In this document: positions 49,949-59,337 of the stretch, piece by piece | Numbering within the stretch: position 1 is the first letter of the stretch | Layout: the number at the start of each line of letters is the position of its first letter | From: Vulcanimicrobiota bacterium | Lineage (GTDB): Bacteria > Vulcanimicrobiota > Vulcanimicrobiia > Vulcanimicrobiales > Vulcanimicrobiaceae | Direction of reading: 5' to 3' | Assembly: GCA_963714015.1 (NCBI GenBank) | Contig: OY970223.1 | Location: 1,824,001-1,888,000, forward strand | Length of the DNA stretch: 64,000 nt | The notes under the pieces: model-generated | Seen by the model: only the letters and a program-made list of their open reading frames with translations | Told to the model about the DNA's origin: nothing | The model's database searches: none | Position numbers and translations under genes: made by a program

Positions 49949-50902
49949 CTACGGAACGAGCTGCGGATACGCGGCAACCCACCACGCTCCTGCCAGGTCC
50001 ATCGACTTTAACGGCGCGCCGCCCGATGGATAGTTGTACTGCGCAATCGCATCGGCGAGGTTCGAGGCCCACAGTGTCTTGCCATCGCTCGAAATCGATA
50101 GTGCATACATCCCTTTTCCATTGATAGCCTTCAGGTACGTCTTCGCAACTGGTCTGCCTAGTACGCGACCGTAGGGATGCGGGTAGGTAATTGTCGGGCC
50201 GGCCGTGTAACCCTGGGTCAACGTACCGATGAGCAGTTGATCCTCTATGTTGAAATGCAGCTCGCTCATGTTCAAAACGGGCCTATATGTTTGGTAGGTC
50301 TTGGCGCTGCACTCGCCGGCGACCGAAATAAGGGTATCGTCGCCGCTGTTGCCGACGATGAAGTCAAACAACGTCCCCTCGCCATCGAATACATCAGCGC
50401 CGTCAAGATCGCCCAACTTCGGGTAAAGCACTTTGCACGGTTTGACCTCCCCGTGACGAAAGAACATGATTTTGTTTATCCCGTTTGGCGATGAGGGTGA
50501 GGAGGTCACGCCAAAAACGCCCGTCTTCCAGTCGACGGCAACAACGCCGCCATTCCCTGGAAGGCCAATTGTGGTCGGAGAATGCGTATAGGGTGGCGCA
50601 TAAATCAAAAGCGTTGGTTGGTTCAACTCAGATAAGTATATCTCTCCTTGAGGGCCAAACGACACGAAGCCAAATGTTGGAGTTTTTAATTCACCGGTTT
50701 TCTTGCCCATGGAATTGAAGAGCTCAATTGACGAATATTTTTCGTTGGACACGGCCAACGCTGGAACGCTATTTGCGAAAGGCGCCTGCGCGGAACCATG
50801 CTTCGGTAGAACTTGAGGCGCTATTGCGCTAGTTTGCGAAGAACAGCCGTAGAGTAACGCCGCGATCACGAAAAATGAGCACAATATATTCGAACACATC
50901 AC
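49949..50902 (-). CDS. Lipoprotein with NHL/beta-propeller-like repeats
   Basis: Lipobox LYGC; 'IYAPPY', 'VAVD..G', 'D.EG.LF', 'YNYPSGG' repeats; lower GC. Confidence 0.7.
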   Translation of the reverse strand: MMCSNILCSFFVIAALLYGCSSQTSAIAPQVLPKHGSAQAPFANSVPALAVSNEKYSSIELFNSMGKKTGELKTPTFGFVSFGPQGEIYLSELNQPTLLIYAPPYTHSPTTIGLPGNGGVVAVDWKTGVFGVTSSPSSPNGINKIMFFRHGEVKPCKVLYPKLGDLDGADVFDGEGTLFDFIVGNSGDDTLISVAGECSAKTYQTYRPVLNMSELHFNIEDQLLIGTLTQGYTAGPTITYPHPYGRVLGRPVAKTYLKAINGKGMYALSISSDGKTLWASNLADAIAQYNYPSGGAPLKSMDLAGAWWVAAYPQLVP

Positions 50903-50913
50903 AGATCCCAGTC

Positions 50914-52144
50914 TTACGGTGTAGGCGCCATGGGGGTAAAGTTGCCGTCACCGCTGATAGTGATGAACGCTCCCTGTCCGCTGGCATCGAAGTACCATTT
51001 GCAAAGCTCGCCAAGACTGGGGATGCGGTATTCACTGCTGGTCGAGTCGAAGTACGCGTAGGCACGTACCTGCGAATAAAAACTATTCTCGTCTTCCATC
51101 TGATTATCCATCCATCGCTCGGCATTTCCCAGATACGTCGCCTGGTCGTCGGGTGCTGGATATTGTTGACAATCGGCATTTTCGCCGATCATGATGGGCT
51201 TACCATACGTCGATGACGAATAGGTCGCGACGAAATCGTGAAATATTCCGTCGAAATTGATCGGGATGTCGTTCGCATCTTCCTTGCTGTACCCGTCAAT
51301 GCCGATCCAATCGACCTCTGTGTTGCCCGGATAAAAGGGACCGGGGCTCGGAGGATGGTCGTCCGGAGACAAGTCGTCAACAGCCGGGTTCCACAGGAAT
51401 GTTACGTTCGGGTCACCGCCGGTGCCGTTGGGTGCGAGGATGCTTTTGATGTGCTCCCACCCGTTGATGAATTGCGTGGCAAAGTTCGGCACTTTATTAG
51501 CGTTGTTAGGCTCTTCATAGCAATTATTCCCGTTTGGATTTCCACTAGGCATTGGCCAATGGGCATTGACGTTGAATTCCCAGAACCAGCGCAGCATTAC
51601 AGGGTACGGTTGGCCGTCTTTCGTTAAACCCTGGAGATCAGTCTTTAGCGCCTGGATGTCCTTGTCGGCACTGCCGTTTGCAATCTGGACGATATCATAA
51701 GGGCCGCCGTTGGTTGTAATATCGTCTCCGCAGTGCAGCGAGATGACCGGAATACGGCCGCGTGCTATATCGCCTTGAATCATTGCGTCATTTGCCAGAT
51801 TCCCCAACTCAGTCCAGCTGCGGTATTCCAGATGCATAGCGAGATAACGATGCTCGTTGGGTCCAGGCATCAGTGCCTCCAGCGACTCAGTATCGCTTTC
51901 TTGCTGCTGGAACGACGGTGCGTAGTCATCTTGCTCACAACACGTAGTATTGACCGCGGCTGCAAGGTAGATTCCCGTCGGTGCAGGTTGTACGAGAGAC
52001 ATTCGCTGACGGTCGTTCGGCTGAAGCGACGGCGCCGAGCCACTGCCGGCGCATCCGGCCGCTAGCGCTCCGAGCGCGAAGAGCGCAAAGCACAACGTAG
52101 CGCAATTCGGTCGCGCGATTAAGATGCTGTCGAAGCCAAAGCAT
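50914..52144 (-). CDS. GH26-like glycoside hydrolase lipoprotein (probable +1 frameshift at 52087-52089)
   Basis: 'LRWFWEFN', 'WNP', 'YPG..VDWIGIDGY', 'KPIMIGE'; RBS GGAG + ATG 52144; removing one T gives ...RYVVLALFALGALAAGC (lipobox). Confidence 0.75.
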
Positions 52145-52554
52145 AACGAATTCTCCAAAAAGCGGCTCAGAGGGGGCCGTCACCCGTTGGGGGGTAGCGT
52201 AATGTGAGACTACCCCACGTTTGGTATTGGCGCAATAGGCCACTCTCCAAGCGTTGGGGCCAATCCTTTAGCGGCCGCCGCATAAATGCTATCCCATTCG
52301 GGAGCACAAGACTTGAGCTGATCAGGGTGTTGCAGCAGCTATATTTGGATCGACATCGATTAACGGCCGGCAACTATCGATAACTCGGATCAGCACGTTT
52401 TCGATACGCCGCAAGGGCGCCGCCATATCAATGCAAAGGTTGATACGGTTTCCGGTTCGCCGTCGATTCGGTACTTAAGCTCCTTGACAATCATAGCACT
52501 CAACAACAAAAAACGGTTTGCCAGGAGTGTGAGGGAAGTGACCGTAACGGAATC

Positions 52555-53669
52555 TGTCAACACGTTTGGTAGCGGTAACTCATTTGTTGTTGTAAGCGCT
52601 AGGGCCGACCCCATCGTGAACCGGTGGATTTATCCACACGGCGGCCGGCAGAGCCGCGCGTTTCGGAGCGCCGCGAACGAAGCGCTCCGCGGTTTGCCCG
52701 ATACGCTTTGAGCATGACCTCGTTACGCGCAGTAAGAACCTGATCGGCTCGCGCCTCATGCTCCACTGCCGGCGTTAGCATCGCGATACCCGAAATGGCG
52801 ATGCTCGTAGTTGTACCACCGGATGAGCCCGTCCACGGATTGATGCGCGTGCTCGAACGAGCCGAAGCGATCAGGAAATTGGTGGTGGTACTTCAGGGTG
52901 CGAAACTGCGATTCGGAGTATGGATTGTCGTCGCTCAAGTGAAGACGGCTATGCGATTGCGCAACGCCGAGTTTATCCAACAGGGCGCACACCGCTTGCG
53001 CGGTAATCTTTGCCCCGCGATCGGCGTGTGCAACGGCTTGGCCAGGCTGAACGGCTTCACGCTCCAGCGTTTGCGCGATGAAGTGTTCAGCAAGGTCGGC
53101 GTTCGCGCGTCGTAGGAGCATCCAGCCAACGACGAACCGGCTGAAGATGTCGAGCATCAGGAGCAGCGCGTACCATTCGCCTTTGCGCCGTCCGCGCAGC
53201 TTCGTTATATCCCAGCCTTAAAAATTGTCGCGGACTAGTGGCCAGCAGCTCGGGTTTTTGGAATTCGGGATGCCGCGCAATGCGTAGGCGCTCGCGCACT
53301 TCGTTATTGGAGCGTAGCAAACGATACATCGTGCTGACCGAGTACAGGTAGACGCCTCGTCGAGCAGCACCGCGTGAATCGCGCGGGCGCTCGATTGGCA
53401 AACCGTTCGCTATCAAGGACCGAGAGCACATGCACGCGTTCCTCTTGGTTTAGCGACCGTTTCGGAACAGGTCGCGTGCTCTTCGTCCGTTCTGGTACGC
53501 CGTGCCGGCGACGTCGCAGCGTCGAACGACTCAGACCAGAGGCCGCGCAAACCGTACGCCGCAATAACCGAGTTTTCCGTAGTATCCCCGTTATCCACAG
53601 CGGTACTGCTGCTGCGACAAAAGCTCTACAAAGAAATCCCTAGGTTACCGGTACCACATCATGTTGACA
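52555..53669 (-). mobile_element. Decayed IS3-family element (orfB in at least four frames; orfA not recognisable)
   Basis: 'WDITKL', 'LDIFSRFVVGW', 'HADRG', 'DNPYSESQFRTLKY', 'YN.EHRH', 'VWINP'; terminal IRs TGTCAACAcGtTTGGTA and TGTCAACAtGaTgTGGTA. Confidence 0.88.
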
Positions 53670-53703
53670 CGGGAGGCAAAGCCCGATTGAGAACGGTAAT
53701 GCC

Positions 53704-53726
53704 CCTTCTTTCTTTGGCTGTTCGGA
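53704..53726 (+). repeat. Direct repeat, right copy (candidate attR)
   Basis: CCTTCTTTCTTTGGCTGTTCGGA; last 18 nt identical to 49786-49803. Confidence 0.75.
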
Positions 53727-53765
53727 TAGAGCGCGTGGAGAGTAAAAAGGCTCTTGAGGACTCCG

Positions 53766-54104
53766 GTGGCCATAACGTATTCGCTTTTGGCCGTTGCACT
53801 TGCCGCGTGCGATCAGTCGCCGCCGCCTTGGTACAGCCAACTGAAACGGTTCCGACTTCTCCCCGTGCTTCGCCCGCCGCAATCTTTGCGGCAGGCGGTT
53901 TCGTTTGGGGATAGTCACCGAGAGCTGCGGCGCAAATGTCGGCGACGCGTACCGTCTGACGAATCGATCAGTCGGGCAACACCACCTAAGCTCGGGCAAC
54001 GAAGCGTTCTTGAGCAGCGACTCGGGCATGGTTCCCGGCCTTCGTTACACGCCGTCGCTATAGAGCGGCTTAACGTTCGGGGTGGACGCCGCAAAAATCC
54101 ATGA
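53766..54104 (+). pseudogene. Lipoprotein gene remnant
   Basis: RBS GAGGA + GTG; signal 'AITYSLLAVALAAC'; then an Arg-rich sequence that looks out of frame. Confidence 0.4.
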
Positions 54105-54188
54105 ATAGAAATAGTAGGGACTAAGGTCATGCCCGCCCGGACCGGCTGCACCTCACCGCAATGCAGGCGGCTGACCTACCATGGTGAC

Positions 54189-55085
54189 ATGCGCCGGAAT
54201 ATTGCATTAGGCTTCGTGCCTGCTTTGCTTTTGACTCTCGCCGCGTGCGGCGGCGGTTCTTCCAACACCGCGGTTCCGCTTGACAAAGGAGCGTTGCAAT
54301 CCGCACATGGGGGCTCGGTCCCGCAAGCGACGCCGACGCCGAACTCAAAGAAGACCGTCAATGTCGGGAAAGGCCAGATCAACGGCCTGGATAACCAGTT
54401 CTTGGGTGGACAGGGCGCCGAGGCGGGGGACGGCGATTATTCCGACGGCGGACAGGGGCCGGTGAACACATATTTCACGGGTCCGACGGGCGATCAGATT
54501 CCGTGTTTGCCGCACATGTACGGCGGTCCGTACCAATATCACATCCACGCTTTCTTGGGCATCTACTACAACGGAAAGCAGATTGCGGTTCCGGACGGTC
54601 TCGGCATGGCCGACCCGAATGGTGACGGAACGTGGAACGGTCCCGGCGGGCCGATCTACAACTTCACGAACTATTCGTACGATCCGAACGATCCTAGCAA
54701 GCCGGGCTGCTTCTACGAAATCCATTCGCACGATGCCAGCGGCGCCATTCATATCGAAATGTACAACCCGAACGGCATAAAGCGCACAGCGTCGATCTTT
54801 ACGATGGGCGACTTGCTCGCGCTTTGGGGCGTTCCGTACAACATAAGCGCCGGACAGTTTGGACCGTACTCGGGGCCCATTAAGATTTATTGGTCGGGAG
54901 CTCGTCCGTTCGGAGGGCCGAGCGGCTCGCATACGACGACATCTAATTACTACACGTTGTACACTGGAAACATCCAAGACATTCCGCTCTATTCACACCA
55001 AGTGACTTGGATACTGATCGGATCCGGAAATCCGACCGGATCGTGGCTGCCGAACGTACACTTCTGGCAAGGCGAAATGTGGTAA
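54189..55085 (+). CDS. Lipoprotein of unknown function with His motifs
   Basis: Lipobox LAAC; 'YHIHAFLGIYYNG', 'CFYEIHSHDASGAIHIE'. Confidence 0.82.
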   Translation: MRRNIALGFVPALLLTLAACGGGSSNTAVPLDKGALQSAHGGSVPQATPTPNSKKTVNVGKGQINGLDNQFLGGQGAEAGDGDYSDGGQGPVNTYFTGPTGDQIPCLPHMYGGPYQYHIHAFLGIYYNGKQIAVPDGLGMADPNGDGTWNGPGGPIYNFTNYSYDPNDPSKPGCFYEIHSHDASGAIHIEMYNPNGIKRTASIFTMGDLLALWGVPYNISAGQFGPYSGPIKIYWSGARPFGGPSGSHTTTSNYYTLYTGNIQDIPLYSHQVTWILIGSGNPTGSWLPNVHFWQGEMW

Positions 55086-55102
55086 CCTAAAGGGTCGGAA
55101 AG

Positions 55103-55133
55103 AAAAAGCGGCGTCGAAAGACGCCGCTTTTTT
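55103..55133. terminator. Bidirectional Rho-independent terminator
   Basis: AAAAA-GCGGCGTC-GAAA-GACGCCGC-TTTTTT between convergent genes. Confidence 0.9.
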
Positions 55134-55152
55134 GCTGGTAGCGTAAACGAAA

Positions 55153-55344
55153 CTAAACGGCGCGCGTAACTTTCTTCGCGCGCAGACACGCCGTGCAGAC
55201 GCGTGCGGTGCGGGCAGTGCCGCGATCGTTGATGCGGACCGCCTGGAGATTGGGCAGCCACCGGCGCTTCGTCTTATTCATCGCGTGGCTGACGTTGTTG
55301 CCCGCCATAGGGCCCTTGCCGCAGACTTCGCAGCGCTTCGCCAT
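55153..55344 (-). CDS. rpmB: 50S ribosomal protein L28 (Cys-containing type)
   Basis: '[30 protein letters not shown]', 'VCTACL'. Confidence 0.98.
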   Translation of the reverse strand: MAKRCEVCGKGPMAGNNVSHAMNKTKRRWLPNLQAVRINDRGTARTARVCTACLRAKKVTRAV

Positions 55345-55526
55345 TTCCTAAAAACCTTTCCCTAGAACCAAATGCCCCGAGCGTCAAGCGCTCCGGAACA
55401 ACTTGAGAAGAATACCACGCGCCTGAAGGGGACGCAAGCGCGAAGGACGGCCTTCGAGGTGGGTCGCCGCCCATGGCGGCGGGCCCCGGAGGATGACCGG
55501 GGGGAGCCGGAAGTGAAAGCGCCCGG

Positions 55527-57128
55527 GTGGACGTCACTGCCCTCGACGGGCGAGCATATGCCAGGTTCGTAATCGCGGGCTCGTACTTCCTAAGGAAATA
55601 CCGTGGAGTTCTGAACGACCTCAACGTGTTTCCGGTGCCGGACGGGGACACCGGCACGAACATGTACTTGACGGTGCGGCAGGCGGCCTTGGTGGCCGGG
55701 CAAGTTCGTAGTAACTCGCTGGCGGACGTGGCCGCGGCGGCGGCCGAGGGGTCGCTGATGGGTGCCCGGGGGAATTCCGGCGTGATCATCTCGCAGATGC
55801 TGCGGGGATTCGCGCACCACGTGCGGCACCGCGCGGTAATCGATACGTTCATGCTGGCAACCGGGATGCGCGAGGCCGTTGTCGCCGCAAAGGCAGCGCT
55901 GGTCAAGCCGGTGGAAGGCACGATCATTTCCGTAGCAGAGGCGGCGGCAGAGGCTGCATACCGTTTAGCCTTGCACGAGCCGGATTTCTACCGGCTGGCG
56001 GGCGCCGTGCTGCGCGCGGCCAATGAAGCGTTGGACCGTACGCCGGATCAGCTGCCCGTTCTGAAAGAAGCGGGAGTCGTGGACGCGGGCGGCGCGGGTT
56101 TTGTGTACTTCATGGAGGGAGCGCTGCGCTTTCTCCCCGACACGAGGGTCCGCACGACGGCCTTCCCGCGACGACCGCTTCGTCCGCGCGTTTTCACGCC
56201 GCAGCAACGCGTCGGCGAGAACAAATATTGCACCGAGTTCGTGCTGCAGAACGCGGGGTGCTCGGTGAATGAAATGCGGGAGCATTTGCGAACGCGGGGA
56301 GACTCGCTGATCGTGGGAGGAGCGCAGCCGACGATCAAAGTTCATATTCATACGGACGATCCCCAAGCCGTGCAAGCGCTGGCTGAAAAGTGCGGCGAGG
56401 TTACGCGCTGGAAAGTCGACAACATGGAGCAGCAGCACAATGTGCTGGTGGTCGACAAACCTGCAGCCGAGCGGTCCATCGTAGCGATCGTTCCGGGCCC
56501 GGGCTTCGAGCGTATCGCCAAAGAAATCGGCGCAGAAGTCACCTTGGCAGCCGCGGTAAATCCGAGCGTGCGCGACATCGTGCTGGCGATCAACAAATCG
56601 CTTGCGGACCGCGTTTTTTTATTCGCTAACGACAAGAACGTGGTGCCTGCGGCGCTCGAGGCGGCGAATTTGAGCGGGCGAAAGGTTTACGTTCTTCCGA
56701 CCCGCGACATCGTCGCGGGCATTGCCGGGTTGTTTGCTTTCTCCGCAGGTGCTCAGCCTGAGGCAGACGACGAGACGGTGCTGCGCGCGGTCTTGGACGC
56801 GGCGGAACGCCCGAGAAGCGCGCAAGTGTTCTTTGCGGGGAAGGATGCAAGTGTGGGTGGAACGAGCGTCGCACGCGGGAAACCGGCGGCTTTGAGCGCG
56901 GCAACGCTCTACGCCGGCTCGACGCTCGCCGGGGCCGCGCAGGAAGCGCTCGCGGCGATGGGGGCCCGCAATGGAGGCTTGATCACCGTGTACTACGGCG
57001 GTTCACAACGCGAACGCGACGCCCACCGGCTGGCTGACGAGCTGCAGGCGGCATTCCCCCGCGCCGAGGCGGAGTACTACTTCGGCGGGCAAACGAATCC
57101 CGAATATTGGATCTCGCTCGATGAGTAA
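55527..57128 (+). CDS. fakA: DAK2-domain fatty acid kinase subunit A
   Basis: 'LNVFPVPDGDTGTNM', 'GARGNSGVI.SQ', 'VVDAGG', 'YCTEF', 'KVHIHT'. Confidence 0.93.
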   Translation: MDVTALDGRAYARFVIAGSYFLRKYRGVLNDLNVFPVPDGDTGTNMYLTVRQAALVAGQVRSNSLADVAAAAAEGSLMGARGNSGVIISQMLRGFAHHVRHRAVIDTFMLATGMREAVVAAKAALVKPVEGTIISVAEAAAEAAYRLALHEPDFYRLAGAVLRAANEALDRTPDQLPVLKEAGVVDAGGAGFVYFMEGALRFLPDTRVRTTAFPRRPLRPRVFTPQQRVGENKYCTEFVLQNAGCSVNEMREHLRTRGDSLIVGGAQPTIKVHIHTDDPQAVQALAEKCGEVTRWKVDNMEQQHNVLVVDKPAAERSIVAIVPGPGFERIAKEIGAEVTLAAAVNPSVRDIVLAINKSLADRVFLFANDKNVVPAALEAANLSGRKVYVLPTRDIVAGIAGLFAFSAGAQPEADDETVLRAVLDAAERPRSAQVFFAGKDASVGGTSVARGKPAALSAATLYAGSTLAGAAQEALAAMGARNGGLITVYYGGSQRERDAHRLADELQAAFPRAEAEYYFGGQTNPEYWISLDE

Positions 57129-58134
57129 GACGCGTATCGCGATCGATGCAATGGGCGGCGACCATGCCCCCGCCGAGATTGTCGCGGGCACGCTGCTGGC
57201 TGCCCGGGAAAGCTTTGGCGAGCTCGCACTCGTCGGAGATGAAGCGCGCATTCGCCCGCTCTTGACCGGGCCGGGAGCCGATCAAATCAAGGTCGTGCAC
57301 GCGCCCGAAAACGTGCCGATGGATATGCACGCGTCGGCTGCGCTTCGGATCGCGGACAAGACGTCGCTGGGCGTCGCAGTCAACATGATCAAGGAAGGCA
57401 CCGCGGACGCGGTCGTGTCCGCCGGCAACAGCGGCGCGTTTTTGGCGATAGCGCTTATCAAATTGCGCGCCATTCCGGGCATTGCGCGGCCGGCAATCGC
57501 CACCGTTTGGCCGGCGATGAACGGCCCGATGGTGCTGCTCGATTCCGGCGCCAACGTCGATTGCCGGCCGGAATGGCTCGAGCAGTTCGGCATCATGGGA
57601 TCCGCCTACGCGAAGTCTGTGCTCAACATGGAGCGTCCGCGCGTAGCGATACTCTCGGTCGGCGAAGAGGACACTAAGGGCAACGCCCAGGTGTTCGACG
57701 CCGCTAAATTGCTGCGCGACGCGCCGATCAACTTCATCGGCAACGTCGAGGGCAAAGATCTGTTTCACAATGCCGCCGACGTCGTCGTAGTGGACGGATT
57801 CGTCGGAAACGTCGTCCTCAAACTGGGCGAGGGTCTGATCTCCGATCTCCAAAGGGTCATCAGAGACTCGATTCTGGGAGGAAGCCCGATCACCAAGTTC
57901 GGCGCATTGCTGATGTTGCCGGCGCTGCGCAAACTGCGCACGCGTTTCAACTACGAAACTTATGGCGGCGCGCCGCTGCTGGGTTTGCGCGGGCATTGCA
58001 TCGTGACGCACGGCCGCGCGACGCGCAATGCGATCAAACACGCGATTCGGGCCGCCGCCGTCGAGGCGGAGCATGACGTCGTCGGAAAAATTACGGAGAT
58101 GGTGAAACCGCACCTTACCGTGCAAGAAGCCTGA
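57121..58134 (+). CDS. plsX: Phosphate acyltransferase
   Basis: 'IAIDAMGGDHAP', 'SAGNSGA', 'LDSGAN', 'DGFVGN', 'YGGAPLLG'. Confidence 0.97.
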   Translation: MSKTRIAIDAMGGDHAPAEIVAGTLLAARESFGELALVGDEARIRPLLTGPGADQIKVVHAPENVPMDMHASAALRIADKTSLGVAVNMIKEGTADAVVSAGNSGAFLAIALIKLRAIPGIARPAIATVWPAMNGPMVLLDSGANVDCRPEWLEQFGIMGSAYAKSVLNMERPRVAILSVGEEDTKGNAQVFDAAKLLRDAPINFIGNVEGKDLFHNAADVVVVDGFVGNVVLKLGEGLISDLQRVIRDSILGGSPITKFGALLMLPALRKLRTRFNYETYGGAPLLGLRGHCIVTHGRATRNAIKHAIRAAAVEAEHDVVGKITEMVKPHLTVQEA

Positions 58135-58136
58135 AG

Positions 58137-58988
58137 TTGGCAATTGCCGTCGTAACCGACAGCACGTCGGACCTCGAGCCCGAGAACGCCCGGGAGCTCG
58201 GCATCGACGTGGTGCCGTTGTTCGTCATCTGGGGCGATCGAAGCTACCGCGACAACGTCGATCTGACGCGGCGCGAATTTTACGAAAAGCTCGCCGGCGA
58301 ACCGACGCTGCCGGCGACCTCGCAGCCGACGGCGCAGATGTTTGAAGAGGCCTTCCGTCCGCACGTGGAGCGAGGGGACGACATCGTTTGCATCGTCATC
58401 AGCTCGCATCTGTCCGGGACAATCAACGCTGCGCGAGCCGCCGCCAGATCCTTTCCCAGCGCGACGATTGCAATCGTGGATTCCGAAAGCGCCGCCGGCG
58501 GACTTGGATTGATGGCAATGCACGCCGCCGAGAGCGCTCGCGCCGGACGGTCGATGCAATCGATTCTCGACGACGTTCAAACCGAGCGATTGACGCAGCG
58601 CCTGTACGCGTGCGTTCCGGATCTTTCGCACATCGTGCGTACCGGACGCATTGGCCGGGCGCGCGCAGTGATCGGCACGCTGATGAAGATCGTTCCCGTC
58701 ATCTCCCTTCGCGAAGGAGAGGTCGTAGCGCAAGCGCAGGTCCGCACGATGCCGCGCGCGCAGGAAACGATGATCGATCTTTCGCTCAAGAGCGTAACGG
58801 ACGTAGAGCGCGCGCGTTTTCTGGTGATGCACACGAATGCGCCGGAACTTGCGCAGAATATTCAAGATCGTCTCAAGGCCAGGCTCGGGAGCGTTCAGCC
58901 GCGCCTGCTGGAGATTCTGGAAGCGGGGCCCGTCATCGCGACGCACGCCGGCCCGGGCGCGGTCGGCATATTTTCGAGTCAGGTGTGA
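58137..58988 (+). CDS. DegV family fatty-acid-binding protein (FakB)
   Basis: 'VTDSTSDL', 'TSQP', 'SSHLSGT', 'HAGPGAVG'. Confidence 0.95.
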   Translation: MAIAVVTDSTSDLEPENARELGIDVVPLFVIWGDRSYRDNVDLTRREFYEKLAGEPTLPATSQPTAQMFEEAFRPHVERGDDIVCIVISSHLSGTINAARAAARSFPSATIAIVDSESAAGGLGLMAMHAAESARAGRSMQSILDDVQTERLTQRLYACVPDLSHIVRTGRIGRARAVIGTLMKIVPVISLREGEVVAQAQVRTMPRAQETMIDLSLKSVTDVERARFLVMHTNAPELAQNIQDRLKARLGSVQPRLLEILEAGPVIATHAGPGAVGIFSSQV

Positions 58989-58994
58989 ATTTGC

Positions 58995-59336
58995 ATGCGC
59001 GATAGATGGCTAAAATTCGATACCGTCGTCGCCATTTGCGCGTTGCTGATGAGTACGCTCACGGCGGGCGCGATGGTGTATCAGACGCGCGTCATCGCCG
59101 ATCAGTTTTCCGCCAGCACGTGGCCGTACTTGAGCGTAGACACCACTTACAATCCGAACAACGTCGAGATCAGCCTGGTCAATGACGGGGCGGGCCCGCT
59201 GGACCTTTGCTACTGCTCGATCGGCGAGCGCTGCTGGACGCTGCACACCACCATCGGTTCCGCAGCGCTGTCGATTCCGCAGGCGGCCGCATCCTGCGGG
59301 GCCGGAGCTGCGATCGGCACGCCGGCGGCCGTTTAA
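58995..59336 (+). CDS. Single-TM hypothetical protein, apparently internally shortened
   Basis: TM, 'WPYL', 'NDG.GP', then 'CYCS..CW' immediately after. Confidence 0.6.
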   Translation: MRDRWLKFDTVVAICALLMSTLTAGAMVYQTRVIADQFSASTWPYLSVDTTYNPNNVEISLVNDGAGPLDLCYCSIGERCWTLHTTIGSAALSIPQAAASCGAGAAIGTPAAV

Positions 59337-59337
59337 A

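Noticed and set aside
52160..52550. Short ORFs and a GGGGTAG/CTACCCC hairpin upstream of the GH26-like gene
   Set aside because: No coding motifs or clear RBS; hairpin too short to assign
52630..53599. DnaA boxes as a possible oriC
   Set aside because: Only two boxes about 1 kb apart, inside an IS relic, with no dnaA/dnaN or box cluster
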